Origin: Octopus sinensis
Taxonomy: Eukaryota
DNA length: 64,000 nucleotides
Direction: 5' to 3'
Assembly: GCF_006345805.1 (NCBI RefSeq)
Contig: NW_021835465.1
Coordinates: forward strand, 1-64,000
In this document: piece after piece, positions 40,005-54,753 of the stretch
How the letters are laid out: each line of letters starts with the position of its first letter
How positions within the stretch are numbered: position 1 is the stretch's first letter
Made by a program: the position numbers and the translations under genes
The notes under the pieces: model-generated
What the model saw: only the letters and a program-made list of their open reading frames with translations
Databases searched by the model: none
What the model was told of the DNA's origin: nothing

Positions 40005-40493
40005 TATTATATTGTTATTATCATCATCATTATCATTATTATTATATATACGTATGCCAATGATAATAGCACACGCACTGGTCCAATATAATTTCTTTAC
40101 TTGTAGTCAATTGTTTGAATAACAAAGAAGTGGTATTGAGCCAGTGCATTTGTTATTATCACTGGCGTAATGACCTTTCCAATGCACAATAAGATTTGTT
40201 TCAACACAAATTCGCATCAAGTATTTTGCAAAAAAACGGACAAGAACAAATTAAATGGAATAAAATGTAATTATTGATTCTCTAAGTTTATGTCTGGTGA
40301 AATGGAATTGCTTCAAAAAATCGGAAATACACGTTGCTACTGTCATATCGATAGCAATCCAAATGAAATCGATTATATCGGAATGACTGCGAACGAATTA
40401 ACGCGTCAGCATAAATCTTCACTGCAAACAGAGCGACGAAGAATTGATTTGGATTAGATCACACATTCAGTTCAAGAGTCATACACACACACG

Positions 40494-40573
<80 letters not shown>

Positions 40574-41834
40574 ACAAGTCATCACCATAGCACTTTTCGA
40601 AAAAGTAAAGCACACTAACCCTCGAAAAAAGACCAGTATGTTGGCAATTAAATATTGTAATTCATGTACGACGGAAAAGCGACTCATTTGGAAATACCAA
40701 AATCTTTTAAACAAACATTCAGGAAATAAATTCCATCTATTTACAAAATCCCTATGATATTATAACTAGGAGTAAATGAAATTATATTGACATTTTCAGT
40801 ATATTTTTTTCACACTTGCTACATGCACACAGACGCACACACAGACTTACACACACATGCATATGTTTGTATAATGCATGTATGTGTGTGTGTTTATTCT
40901 AGAAGAGGCAATTTAGGACTAGCTAGTAGAATTTAATCTAACTTTAGCATGTTATTAAGTAGCCTGAGAAAAATAGTTGTTTTTCGAACAGAAAAACTAA
41001 TTATGTTCAAATAATCTCTCTTCTGACTTAATTTAAACCTGAATTAACACGGATCATAGAAATAATTATACATAAACTTATATACATATACATACTTTGA
41101 TACATTCATGCATACATATATACATACATACGTACGTACATACTTACATATGTATATATATTATATATATATATACATACTTACATATGTATATATATAT
41201 ATAATATATATATATATAATATATATACATACACATCTATTTATATATACAACATGTGTGTATGTGTATGTAGGTATACATGTGTATATGTTTTTATGCG
41301 CATAATCTTTCGATAAATACACACACACACACACACACTAATATAGTGGGTTAAAAATTACACAAAGGCACACATACGCTCTCGCACACACAAACATACA
41401 TGTTTATGTGTGAATATGTGTGCGCGTGCTTGAGCGTGTGCGTGCCTTTGTGTAATTTCTAACCGCACATATTAGAAATTATTTTTATATTTCTATTCAT
41501 TTCAAAGTGTACCACTAATTCTAAGAGAGGTATTATTTACTGCTTTCTATATTTAGAAACAGAAGTTCTGGCCAAACACTAAATGACCGAAGTGGAATCT
41601 GATCCCAGGAATCAAAGCAAATACTGTGAAGCATTCAATACAACGCTGTAGTGACTACCGTTTTGCGCGCATGCGCGCACACGCACACATACATGTATGT
41701 ATAATATGTATGTGTGTCATTTTTCAGTTTTATTTAAAGATTTCTTGCCATCAAAGTACCGGTTTCTAATAAAGTCTCCTTCATTGGAATTTTAACATCA
41801 ACAACAGGATATTTTTGTATAATATGTATGTATA

Positions 41835-42258
41835 GGCACAGGAGTGGCTGTGTGGTAAGTAGCTTGCTAACCAACCACATGGTTCCGGGTTCAGTCCCAC
41901 TGCGTGGCATCTTGGGCAAGTGTCTTCTGCTATAGCCCCGGGCCGACCAATGCCTTGTGAGTGGATTTGGTAGACGGAAACTGAAAGAAGCCTGTCGTAT
42001 ATATGTATATATATATATAAGTGTGTGTGTATATGTTTGTGTGTCTGTGTTTGTCCCCCTTGCATTGCTTGACAACTGATGCTGGTGTGTTTACGTCCCC
42101 GTCACTTAGCGGTTCGGCAAAAGAGACCAATAGAATAAGTACTGGGCTTACAAAGAATAAGTCCCAGGGTCGATTTGCTCGACTAAAAGGCGGTGCTCCA
42201 GCATGGCCGCAGTCAAATGACTGAAACAAGTAAAAGAGTAAAAAGAGTAAAAGAAGAG
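41835..42258 (+). mobile_element. SINE family B, full length
   Basis: Matches family consensus. Confidence 0.93.
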
Positions 42259-42344
42259 TATGTGTGTATTTATGTACGTATATTTGCAGATTTGTATGTT
42301 TTTTTTTATGTATGTATTCTTATGCATATAGTTTCGTATCTAGA

Positions 42345-42905
42345 CATGCTCATATATACTTAAATAATAAAGGAAAGTTTTACAGATTTTTACAGTTCCA
42401 ATGATGGATTCGATCTGTAGTCTTCGAATTAGCTTCCTCCTTCCTGGTTTTGAGAAGCCTAATTTCTCAAGATTGGTATTTAGGCAGTGTGTTACATATC
42501 CCGGAGCCCCAATAATTACAGGTACAAACCTGAACCTGTAATCCGGATCGAGTAACTGTAGGTTTCTCAATAGTTCAGTATAGGTGTTCTCTTTTTCACT
42601 GATCTTCATCTTTATGTTAACATCCGTTGAGCAGCTAATTTTCACACTCTAAACAGTTTCTCTTCTCTATCCCAGATCATTATATCAAGTCTGTTGTGCT
42701 TATATTTTATTCAGGTTTTCACTGGGACATTCCACCAGGACTCCTTTTTATTATGAATGCCTATGGCTTTTACCATACTGTGGGTTCTTATTTCTTTGAC
42801 CTCGGGGTTATCCTTCCAACAGGCTTCATTATAGTGTCCTAGCTACAACACCCTGTCTCATCGGTAGATAATACCGGGATTACATTTTCGGACAACTGCT
42901 TATGA
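42345..42905 (-). mobile_element. RLE-type LINE 3' relic, second subfamily
   Basis: ISCSTDVNI..EKENTY..FVPVIIGAPGYV..GTVKICKTFL; related fragments at about 60545-60670 and 61255-61450 (+). Confidence 0.8.
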
Positions 42906-42972
42906 CATGGGTGATCTGTATGCATGTATGTATAAACACTCACACAAATCAATATCCCGTATCTAATGTTCA

Positions 42973-43282
42973 TGTGTTGTTTAAACGCCAGAATCTGCGA
43001 TCTTTCGTACAGAAAATTTCCCTTTAAAGATGTTTAGTGCTAAAAAGACACAATATACCTCATACGAGTGATTTCGATTTCGTTTCAGAAGTGACGCGAG
43101 TGAGTGGCATTGATAAGTCATAAATACAACGTAAATCATTTTCTGCCGCACTCGTAATCATTTCTGGGTCGATTTCGTTTTGCTTCACTCTGAAGCATAT
43201 TGTGTTTCTTTTTAATACTATACGTCTGTCAAGGGATTTTTCCCAGACGAGAAATCGCAGCTTCTGGCGTTTAAAAAACACA
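42973..43282. mobile_element. Fold-back MITE-like element with long imperfect TIRs
   Basis: TGTGTTGTTTAAACGCCAGAA versus TTCTGGCGTTTAAAAAACACA; degenerate symmetry continues for roughly 100 bp. Confidence 0.75.
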
Positions 43283-43859
43283 CGTACGTTATATATGTGA
43301 TATCAATAATGTTTACATTATAGGACTGCTTGTATTGCATAATTTGAATTTATATACATACACACATATATACAAACATACATACATATACTATATATAC
43401 ATACATACATACATACATACATACATACACACACACATATATATATATACACGCACACATATATACATGCAATCCTGCAAGAATACATACACACACACAC
43501 ATATGTATATGCATGCATATATACATGCATATATACATACATACAATTTATGCACAACAAAAGCATTATTAGATTTAAATAACTATCAGTGCATCATACT
43601 TTAAATAAAGAAATCGGAAATTTATTAGCAGTTTTCGTCCGGATATAATATTTCCTATGTACATGCTGTGTTTAAAAACAATAAATATTGGAGGCAGACA
43701 AACATTGTCCTAGCAGCGGATTGGTCAGAATGCTAGCTGCATTTCTATCTCATTGGTCGTTGACAATAGCGTGCAACCACAACCAGCTTCATGAGAACAG
43801 AGAGAGAGGGGGGTGATAAATAGAGACAGACAGACAGATATATATATATATATATATAA

Positions 43860-44055
43860 AGACAACAACGCAAAGAGGTGGAACAATTAAAGTATTATTA
43901 GGCGCTCAGGAAAAAAGGGAAGAAGGAGGGTATGACGTTTCGAGCGGAGCTCTTCGTCGGAAACATAAGAGAAAGAAAGATCCCGAGGTGGGAGGACAGA
44001 GGGAAAAAAACGCGAGTGGTCTTCACGAGGTAAACATACTGAAAGGCGGAAGTGA
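43860..44055 (-). mobile_element. Penelope-like pLTR-type repeat with hammerhead motif (43931-43964)
   Basis: Minus strand CCGACGA-A-GAGC-tcc-GCTC-GAAA-CG-T-C. Confidence 0.65.
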
Positions 44056-44074
44056 TATATATATATATATATAT

Positions 44075-44139
<65 letters not shown>

Positions 44140-44559
44140 TTCATCTCAAAAATGGTCTGAAGAACACCAAAGGCATTTCGGGCTATTTTTGTCAATTGCA
44201 TGTACTCGCAGTCAGCCACATATTCGGACGAGAATCAGTCGTGAGTGGCGGCGAGTAAGCACCATTGAAAAGACCACAAGAGGCCAAAATGCATCTGGCG
44301 CTCTTCTCGCCACTGCTGAGAGGAATTTGTATTCTTTATGCTGTTGTTTATTGTTTGTTTTTGTTCTCAAATATTTTAAAATTGTATTTTATAGCTGTAT
44401 TTGTTACTATTTGTGTGCTTTTGTTGTTGATATATCTATGATTATATATTTTGGGGGGTGAGGGTGGGGTTTCTGCTTGAAATAGTAGGGAAATAAAAAA
44501 ACTTGGAAATTTTTTAATAAATTTAGGACGTTCTATCTTCTTAGAGCAAAACATTTTTA

Positions 44560-44770
44560 CCTTTCTGGACTCCAAATTGGACATTGGTACTGGACTTCGT
44601 CATTCTTACCATAAACCAAATGGAGAGGTCCAATACGTGAATCTGAAATTCAACTATTCAAGAGCTGTGATTAATTCCATAACAGAAGTATCTCATTCGG
44701 AATATCAAAGCTCTCCGCTAAAGAGAAGATTTTCTTACAGAATATGGAATATCTTGACGGCGTTTTAGCT
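44560..44770 (+). mobile_element. Penelope-like RT C-terminal relic
   Basis: TFLDSKLDIGTG..YHKPNGEVQYV resembles the FLD..LDL..Y.KP....YV motif. Confidence 0.55.
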
Positions 44771-45024
44771 AGGGCAGGATGTTCCTAGAAGATCTAGTAT
44801 ATTCCCGAGGTAAACACTAAAAACAGCGAGAAACATTAGAATACGATAGTCGATGCATAAAAGAAATAAAAATCATGGTAACATGAATGATTATAAGAAT
44901 GGACATAGGAATAATATTGCTCATAACCATGATAAAGGTTAGAAATGTATGGTGAAGACAGCTCACCAAGCGAATAATGAAGCTTACCTTCCAATCAAAA
45001 GGATAAATCGTTTAAATAACTCTA

Positions 45025-45455
45025 TTGTCTCCCGTGAACGCCGTGGAAAATATCTGGATAATTCACAGACTGGTCACTAGCCAGGCACATGTAAACGGGC
45101 TAAGCATAGCAATACACTCGCCTCCTTATGAGAGCTCAAAATCTCTCGTGGAAGCGCCATCCAACCAAAATGTAAATATATGGGAAACTACCACCTGTGT
45201 CATCTCTTGTGAAAGCTAGGAGAGTCCAGTTTGCTGGACATTGTTGTAGAGCTGAAAAAGAAGTAATTTCTACTCTTCTCCTCTGGAAGCCATCTACTCG
45301 CAACACCAGAGGGCGCACACTCTCCTACCCTGATGTAATCTCCAGGGATACAGGCATCCAGCAACAGGACCTCCATAATGCCATGATGGACCGTGAAGTC
45401 TGGCGTAGCATGGTAAATTCCATTGTCTCGACCACGGTCGAACAATGATGAATGA
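45025..45455 (+). mobile_element. RTE-clade LINE 3' end
   Basis: ARRVQFAGHCCRA..LLLWKP..RGRTLSYPD..AMMDREVWR, then a short (TGA)-type tail. Confidence 0.85.
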
Positions 45456-45992
45456 TAGCAATAAGGCGTTTAACTCTGAGAACAACCACAATATTTCATG
45501 CAACCAGGAGGGAACTAATGTACTCGAAAATAAACTTTACCAGCATTAATTATGGTAACAAATTTAAGAGAAACAGGGAACACAATAAAAAAATTGTTCC
45601 CTAATTTTGGTACAAGGCCGGGGAATTGGTTAAGTTGATTACATCAACTGCAGTACTCAATTGGTACTTCTTTTATCGACCTCGAAATGATAAAAGGTAA
45701 ACCCCCTTTCTAGCAGGTATAGTAAGATATTCAATTCCGTGAAGTTTGCAGGTCATATTTCACTGCACCTAATTTAGTGGTTCTTAACTTGGAAAAACTG
45801 AACATCTTTAAAATAAATTAACTTACGTGTATTTATTCTGAGCGCATAAAGCAATCGGGGTCTCCCTTTCATGGAACATATCTATCGGGTATTGATAGCA
45901 GGTTGATATCTTGGTATCTCCTCAGGGTAATAACAATAATAACAGTAACATTGATATAATAAGATCTCCTATAAATGCATACGTAATAATAT

Positions 45993-46276
45993 GGATGGAA
46001 GCACTCCGTCGGTTACGACGACGAGGGTTCCGGTTGATCCGAATCAACAGAACAGCCTGCTCGTGAAATTAACGTGTAAGTGGCTGAGCACTCCACAGAC
46101 ACGTGTACCCTTAACGTAGTTCTCGGGGATATTCAGCGTGACACAGAGAGTGACAAGGCCGGCCTTTTGAAATACAGGTACAACAGAAACAGGAAGTAAG
46201 AGTGAGAGAAAGTTGTGGTGAAAGAGTACAGCAGGGATCACCACCATCCCCTGCCGGAGCCTCGTGGAGCTTTAGG
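45993..46276 (-). mobile_element. SINE family C, 5'-truncated, with 13-bp TSD
   Basis: TACGTAATAATAT at 45980-45992 and 46277-46289. Confidence 0.92.
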
Positions 46277-46329
46277 TACGTAATAATATATCTAATTATG
46301 GGACCATGGTAACCGCTTCCTAAAGAATC

Positions 46330-46600
46330 AGTGCTAAGGAAGAATATTATAAGAGCTCAGTGAAATAACCTGAGAGCGCCTACTACTACATAGACGCTTC
46401 TGCCACAAGATTCAAGCAAAGATCACACAAGCATATTCATTCTTTTAAATACAAAAGAATTGAAAACAGTACATCATTGGCCAGTTTCACATATTTCATG
46501 GTCTCCTGTAAGTAGTGCTCTTCCTTACAGAAGGGGTGGTGGGAGTTGCAATATGTAATATTGGTGGAGGGTTTGATTTACTCAATTACAAATCCAGCTT
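46330..46600 (+). mobile_element. Penelope-like GIY-YIG endonuclease relic
   Basis: YYYIDASATRFKQRSHKHIHSFKYKRIENSTSLA..ALPYRRGGGSCNIC. Confidence 0.7.
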
Positions 46601-46971
46601 AATTAACAAACTTATTTAATAAAATGTTCTTAAAATTTCCACACCAAAATCTCACATAATTAACTTACTTGGATATGAATAAGTACTCATTTCTTAATTT
46701 TAATCTTTAATCCAGTTTAATATCTTATTTAATTGAATTCACTTTAACGGTAATAGACCTGATATTTCTCGAAAAAAATAGTGAGATGGATAATTATCCA
46801 TAATTTCTACTCACCGTTACTGTGTACGCAGCCGATACTTCCCTGTACCCTCTTCTGGTTACTTAAACACAAATCTCTACTGTAGATTGACCGCTAGGCT
46901 ATGTTCTCACAGATTAGCATATCCCAGCACTTGATGACATCTTGACCTTACAGATATATTTAGAATATATA

Positions 46972-47383
46972 TACTCTTTTACTCTTTTACTTGTTTCAGT
47001 CATTTGACTGCGGCCATGCTGGAGCACCGCCTTTAATCGAGCAACTCGACCCCGGGACTTATTCTTTTGTAAGCCCAGTACTTATTCTATCAGTCTCTTT
47101 TGCCGAACCGCTAAGTAACGGGGACGTAAACACACCAGCATCGGTTGTCAAGCAATGCTAGGGGGACAAACACAGACACACAAACACACACACGCATATA
47201 TATATACATATGTACGACGAGCTTCTTTCAGTTTCCGTCTACCAAATCCACTCACAAGGCTTTGGTCGGCCCGAGGCTATAGTAGAAGACACTGACACTT
47301 GCCCAAGGTGCCACACAGTGGGACTGAACTCGGAACCATGTGGTTGCTAAACAAGCTACTTACCACACAGCCACTCCTGCGCC
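46972..47383 (-). mobile_element. SINE family B, full length
   Basis: Matches family consensus. Confidence 0.93.
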
Positions 47384-47660
47384 TACATATATGTAAAAAA
47401 AAAAAGCGCAACAAGAATGATGCCTGTTATCTACAATCCTACTTCCACAGTTATATTCGTAGCATCTTCTGAAAATCTAGCACAATGATATTTTTAAAGA
47501 AAATGATTGGAGGCTAACTGTTCCATTAATTAATTGATTAATTAATTGATTGATTATGCATAAAAGCCACTGTATAGTGTGAAAAAACAGTTTCTTAAGC
47601 TATTTGAAACGTCCGTAAATGAATAAATTTATGCAAGAATATAATTTCTCATTCTTGCTC

Positions 47661-47705
<45 letters not shown>

Positions 47706-47750
47706 TGTGTATGTGTGTGTGTGTGTGTGTGTATGTGTGTGTGTGTGTGT

Positions 47751-47905
47751 GGCCGGATCGGAGTGATATCGAGATTAAACAGCCGAAATTACTAAGATGA
47801 TCCGGTTCCCGACTGAAGATTAGAGGTTTCGAGTGACCCGTCGGTTTTTTGTGTCGTCTCCTTGTGTGTTTTTGCGTTCTTGTCCCACTTTGTAATTTAT
47901 ATCTT
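47751..47905 (+). repeat. Unclassified dispersed repeat (family E), next to microsatellites
   Basis: Homologous to 63045-63205. Confidence 0.7.
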
Positions 47906-47917
47906 ATATCAAATTCT

Positions 47918-47982
<65 letters not shown>

Positions 47983-48646
47983 GCATACAAGATTCTCTAG
48001 AGACAACGTAAGAAAAACTCCGCTTTATATACATTCACCTGTATTCGTCTAACTGCTTCCATTCTGCTTGGACACATTAGAACTAGCATCAGATAAACCC
48101 TGCAGGAAATGTAGACCGATATGTAGCAGACGAATCACCATTTCTCTGCAATAAGGTACTGACAGTATTTCCACATTTGAACCATTCCAGGGCTACTATT
48201 TTAAGCAGGAAATATAAGAAAAATAAAACAAGACAATAAATATATTAAGAAAACAAATAAGGAAATAATAACAAATACAAAACACAATAAAAACACGAAG
48301 TGGAAAATAAAAGCAAACTCAATAACAATAAGCAACACAAATAAGAAGGCGAAGAAGAAAATATAAAATGCAAAGAAAGGGAAAACGAAATCTTAATGGT
48401 TTCTCACTCCCTTTATACTCTCTCTCTCTCTCTCTCTCCCTCTCTCTCACTGTCTCTCTCTCTCTCCTCTTTCTCTTACCGCACACACGTGACACGTACA
48501 TATGTCTGCACCTATAAACAAACACGCGCGCGCACACACAGACACACATATGTAGGTGTGTGTGTGTGTATGTAATTAGTGTATATAAATATTGTGTGTA
48601 TATATATGTATATATATATCTATGTATAAATAAATATATATATATA

Positions 48647-48680
<34 letters not shown>

Positions 48681-48707
48681 GTATATATATATATAGTTAC
48701 ACACTCA

Positions 48708-48775
<68 letters not shown>

Positions 48776-48785
48776 TGTATATATA

Positions 48786-48829
<44 letters not shown>

Positions 48830-49257
48830 TATATACACATATACATATATATATATACTCGTACTAAAAGAAACTGGCTACCGAAACTACAAAATTACGT
48901 AATCACAAACTTACAACATACTACATGTGCTGACGTCATGGTTGCCAGCCAGTCGCAATGCCTTATGGGATAATGACTGGAGATATAGTTTGCTGGCAGA
49001 CTTCTCTCTCTAAAATTCCCAGACTCTGGAATTTCTTCTCCAAAGCGGATGATAGATACACAGATGTTAGATTTTTTTTTCATGCATCTCTATTGCCCAT
49101 CACTGCCGTTCTAATGAGATGGTCGGTTCCAACAAACAGCGAGGCGTGGTAGTTTTTTTTTTATTCGTACAAATGGGCTTAGTGGTTCTAGACGAAGTTA
49201 GAAATAGCGTAATCGCATGAAAATGGTGCGTCGTTTTATACATACATATATACATGC

Positions 49258-49759
<502 letters not shown>

Positions 49760-49766
49760 ATGATGA

Positions 49767-50425
49767 TTTTTTTATTAGCCACAGAGGCATGGATGAAGGG
49801 AGCATCACAAGGACAGTCAACAATTTATGCGGGGTTTCATATAAAAGCCGAGGAGAAAGAGATGGAAAATGGTGAAATAGAATTAAGGTACACATAGTAT
49901 AAAATGTGTGTGATACCATGAGTGATGCAGTCTTCCTGATACAGGAGAAATTCCCAACTAGAGCCAATCAGGGAACACCACAGAACCAGGTTTACTCTGA
50001 CCACCAAAGGCACGTGCTCTGTCCCACCTGTGACTCTCCAGAAAACATGGGCATTCGCTCTAAACATTTTTATCACAATCGCGCATCTTTTCACAAATTC
50101 ACTGGGGGTGAGGTAGTACTTCCCTTTCTACCCTTTTTTTGTGTCCAAGTGGAACTTAAAAATGTCGATAAGTGCTTGACTGAATAGGAAGGTGCCTTTC
50201 CCCAATCTTTTCAGCCTCGTCTACCATACAACCTCTTTCGCCACAGCCAATAGACAGAGGAACGCCGCCTGCCCGATCTTGTGGGTACTAGAGTGATCCT
50301 CACGATGGATTCAGCCGATACCCGGTTTCGCCCCACACACAATAACACTTGATCGACGTAACTCCACAAGTCAGCAATACTGGAACACTGCACGAGTGTG
50401 CGCAGAACGGTTTCGTCGCTCTGAG
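49767..50425 (-). mobile_element. L1/Tx1-type LINE sister subfamily with (ATC)n tail
   Basis: SDETVLRTLVQCSSIADLWSYV..SAESIV..LAVAKEVVW homologous to 13372-13863; ends GCTAATAAAAAAA(ATC)n. Confidence 0.8.
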
Positions 50426-50445
50426 CTCATCTCTGACAAATTATG

Positions 50446-50653
50446 TCTACTATAGGCACAAGGCCTGAAATTCAGGAGGAATGGGTCAGTCGATTTCATC
50501 GACCTCAGTACTCAACTGGCATTTCATATATCAACATCGAGAGGTTGAAAGGCAAAGTCGACCTCGGTGGAATTTGTACCCAGAACGTAAGTCCGGAAGA
50601 AATGCCACTAAGCCTTTTGTCCGGCGTGCTAACAGTTCTACCAGCTCGCCGCC
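50446..50653 (-). mobile_element. SINE family A, tail-2
   Basis: Matches family consensus. Confidence 0.85.
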
Positions 50654-50749
50654 TTAATATCATTAATAATAATGACGGTGTAGAGCTGCCCAATGGCGAG
50701 AAAAGCTTATAATACAAAGAGGCAAAGTAGTGTCGTCTAATGGTGTAAA

Positions 50750-51830
50750 GAAAAAAGCAGCGCAGGTGTTGTTAGGTGGACAAAGAACGTGCTTGAGGAA
50801 ATGGACAGGAGAGCTAGAAGAGTGATGACAATTAACAAGAAACTACACCCCAAAAGCGACGCTGACAGACTGTATGTGCCTAGAAACAGGCGCGGAAGAG
50901 GTCTCATAGGATGCAAGATCTGTGTTGTCAACGAGAACAGTCTGGGATTGTACATCAAATAGCAGAGTGAATCCTTGCTTGCTGCTATTAGAATTAACAA
51001 TATAATACCTAGCGAAAATGTGACGCACCCACAAGCATTTAAGAAGCAAGATGAAGTAGAAAGAGTAAACAACTAGAAAATGAAAGCCCTACACGGGCAA
51101 TACCTCAGAAAAAATCGAAGGAAAAAACAAGACCAACACTTGCAAATGGTTAAGAAGAAGGTATTTAAAAGGAGGCACTGAGACATTGATATGTAATAAA
51201 CTCTGAAAACTAATTACACTAAGTTCCAAATAGATAAGAGTAGCGAATCGCCCCTTTGTAGGATGTGTAGCAACAGAAACGAAACAATCTCACATATTGT
51301 GAGTGAGTGTAGCAAGCTGGCCCAAAGGTACTACAAAAGGAGGCACGGTAACGTAGATAAGTTGGTCACTGGAGGCTATGTGAAAAGTACGATCTGGACA
51401 GAGTACGGAAATGGTACGAACATGATCCAGAAAGAATCACTGAGAACAAGGAGCATAAGATACTGTGGGATTTTACAATCCAATGTGACTCCCTAACCGA
51501 GGTTCGGAGACCAGACATTGTCGTGGTAGATGAAGGAAAAAAAGAAACCAAACTTATTGATATTGCAATGCCTGGGATGCACGTATAAGTATCAAAGAAC
51601 TAGAGAAGATTGAAAAGTACAGATCACTAAAAGATGAAAGTGCAAGAATGTGGACTATGAGGAGAGTGTCTGTCAATACAGTAGTTGTAGGGGCGCTCGG
51701 AGCACTAACGACTGAATTCGAGAAATATGTCAAAGAAATCGAAATTGACATGAGAAAAGAACAAGCTCAATAACTGCTCTGTTGGGGACAGCTAGGCTTT
51801 TGAGATTGGTTCTTGGATGTTAAATGTCTC
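50750..51830 (+). mobile_element. RLE-type (R4/Dong-like) LINE relic
   Basis: LHPKSDADRLYVPRNRRGRGL, SHIVSECSKLAQ, RRPDIVVVD and VVVGALG motifs. Confidence 0.88.
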
Positions 51831-52794
51831 CCAATAACAGCTAAATATCAAAGCTTATAATGTGCAGAAAGAGATTCTGTGAGACCTCTGACAGCAGGAT
51901 GCTGTCCGCTCTCACAGAATCTACCAGAACAAACAAGACCGAACAAAATAAGTACCAGTAGTGCACTGGGGTCGATGTAATTGCTGGTCTTGTTCCAAAA
52001 TTTGAAACCAATATTACTGCTGCTGTTGGTGATGGTGTTTGTTGTCGCTGTGATGATGTTGGCGGTTGTAATGGTGTTGGTAGTGGTTGTTCTGTAGGAC
52101 CAGATCAGACTTGATCGGGCAGTCCCATGAGGCAATTCCAGCGGTATCCTTCTCTCTTTTATTCTGTCGTGGCGTATCTAGGGTTTTATTTATCTAATAC
52201 GCCCTTTGTCGTTGTTGTTTAAGTCTCAAGTCAAGCCTGATCATCAAAGACATTTCAGCTGTGACCACCCCGCCTTTATATTTCTTGTGAGGCACAGGCG
52301 CGGCTGTGTGGTAAGAATTTTGCTTCCCAATCACGTGGTTCCGCTCTCCGTCCACTTGTATATGAACTTGGACAATTGTCTTCGACTTATGCTAACCAAA
52401 TTCTTGTGCGTGGATTTGGCAGGCGGAAACTGAAAGAAGCCTGTCGCATAATTATATATGTTTGTGTATATGTGTGTGTATGTGTGAGTGTGTGTGTGTT
52501 TGTCCCTACTACCGCTTGACAACCAGTAGCTTTCCTTTCTTTTAGAATGAAAAGAGTAGGTTGAGGAAGTTTTTACTGCTATTTCCACGAGATCGAATGA
52601 TTGCATCGGGCTCCATCATTGGCTCATATTGAAGCTTGTAATTCAATAATATCAACATTACATTAATTCAATAATGTCGATTTGGTTGGCTGAGACAGAA
52701 ATTTCGCTTCTTTAAAGATTATCCATCCATAACTCTTTTACTTATCTAACATCAGACAATCTATTAACCAGTTTTACACACTAATGTTCCACGA

Positions 52795-52935
52795 GCAGTA
52801 ATAATAATAATATAATAATAATATAATAATAATAATAATAATAATAATGATAATAATAATAATGATAATGATGTTGATAATAAAAATAATAAAAATAATA
52901 ATAATAATAATAAAAATAAAAATAATAATAATAAC

Positions 52936-52994
<59 letters not shown>

Positions 52995-53181
52995 TAATAA
53001 TGATAATGATGTGATAATAATAATAATAATAATAATAATGATGATGATGATGCTGCTGCTAATAATAATAATAATGATGATAATAATGATGATGATGGTA
53101 AAAATAATAACAAAAATGTTAATGATAATAATAATAATACTAATAATAATAATGATAATAATAATAATGATAATGATGTTG

Positions 53182-53233
<52 letters not shown>

Positions 53234-53367
53234 TAATAATAATAATGATAATGATGATAATAATAATAATGATAATGATGCTGATAATAATAATAATGAT
53301 AATGATAATGATGACTGTGATGATAATGATGATGATGATGATGATGATAATAATAATATAATAATAA

Positions 53368-53411
<44 letters not shown>

Positions 53412-53694
53412 ATATTCTTCTGATTGTTGTTGCTGCTGCTGTTGCCGTCATTTCTTATTCATCTTTTACTATTTAACGTATGTGTGTCTATCTATATGTA
53501 TGCGTTGGTCTCTCACTCTGTCTACGTATGCATATATCTGTGTATGTGTTGTCTGCTGGTGCCTTAGTGTGTTCGTGTGTAAATGTTTGGGTTTTTGTAT
53601 TCTTTTTGTTCTTCAACCCTAGGTTGGCTCTTATCAAACTGATTTATGCTCAAAACTGTTCCTATATATCCATTCCGTCTCATTCTTAGATAAT

Positions 53695-53746
<52 letters not shown>

Positions 53747-53782
53747 TTTATCTATTTATCTATCTATCTATCTATCTATCTT

Positions 53783-53841
<59 letters not shown>

Positions 53842-53846
53842 CTCTC

Positions 53847-53885
<39 letters not shown>

Positions 53886-53886
53886 C

Positions 53887-53938
<52 letters not shown>

Positions 53939-54252
53939 ACTAAGTGTATGTCTGTTTGTACGTCTGTTTATCTGGCTGTCTGTCGATCTATACATACATA
54001 CACACACACATACATACATACATACATACACACATACATACATACATACATACATACATACATACATACATACATACATACATACATACATACGTACGTA
54101 CATACATACATACATACATGCATGCATACATACATACATACATACATACATACATACATACATACATCCATACATACATACGTATATGTAGACAGACAAA
54201 CACGCATATAGACATGCTTAAGAGACACATATATCCATATATAAATGTATGC

Positions 54253-54300
<48 letters not shown>

Positions 54301-54372
54301 TATATATATATAATAAAATATATATATATATATATAGATATATATATATATATATATATAATATATATATAT

Positions 54373-54427
<55 letters not shown>

Positions 54428-54460
54428 TGGAGTGTATACAAATAAAAATAATACATAAAT
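52795..54460. repeat. Compound microsatellite block: (AAT/GAT)n, (TAG)n, (TCTA)n, (TACA)n, (TA)n
   Basis: Read directly from the sequence. Confidence 0.95.
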
Positions 54461-54530
54461 ATATGCATACATATAGACATAAATATGTATGTATATATCT
54501 ATATCTGCACACACACACACACACACACAC

Positions 54531-54709
54531 ATATAAATGTATGAATACTTTCTGCTGATCTATATCCAAATCTCATGCGTGTTATACACCTGGTGGTGAA
54601 CTATCGAAGAGGAGATAATTTCTTTCCAGATTAAGTTGAGACGGGTTTGAAATTTCAATCAAAGAATAATATATACATACATATGTGTGTGTGTGTGTAT
54701 GTGTGTGTA

Positions 54710-54753
<44 letters not shown>

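Noticed and set aside
44157-44185. Hammerhead at CTGAAGAACACC
   Set aside because: No downstream GAAA or closing stems
47811-47845. Hammerhead at CTGAAGA (also at about 63112)
   Set aside because: No clear stem II and no GAAA..UH register; kept only as an unassigned structured repeat
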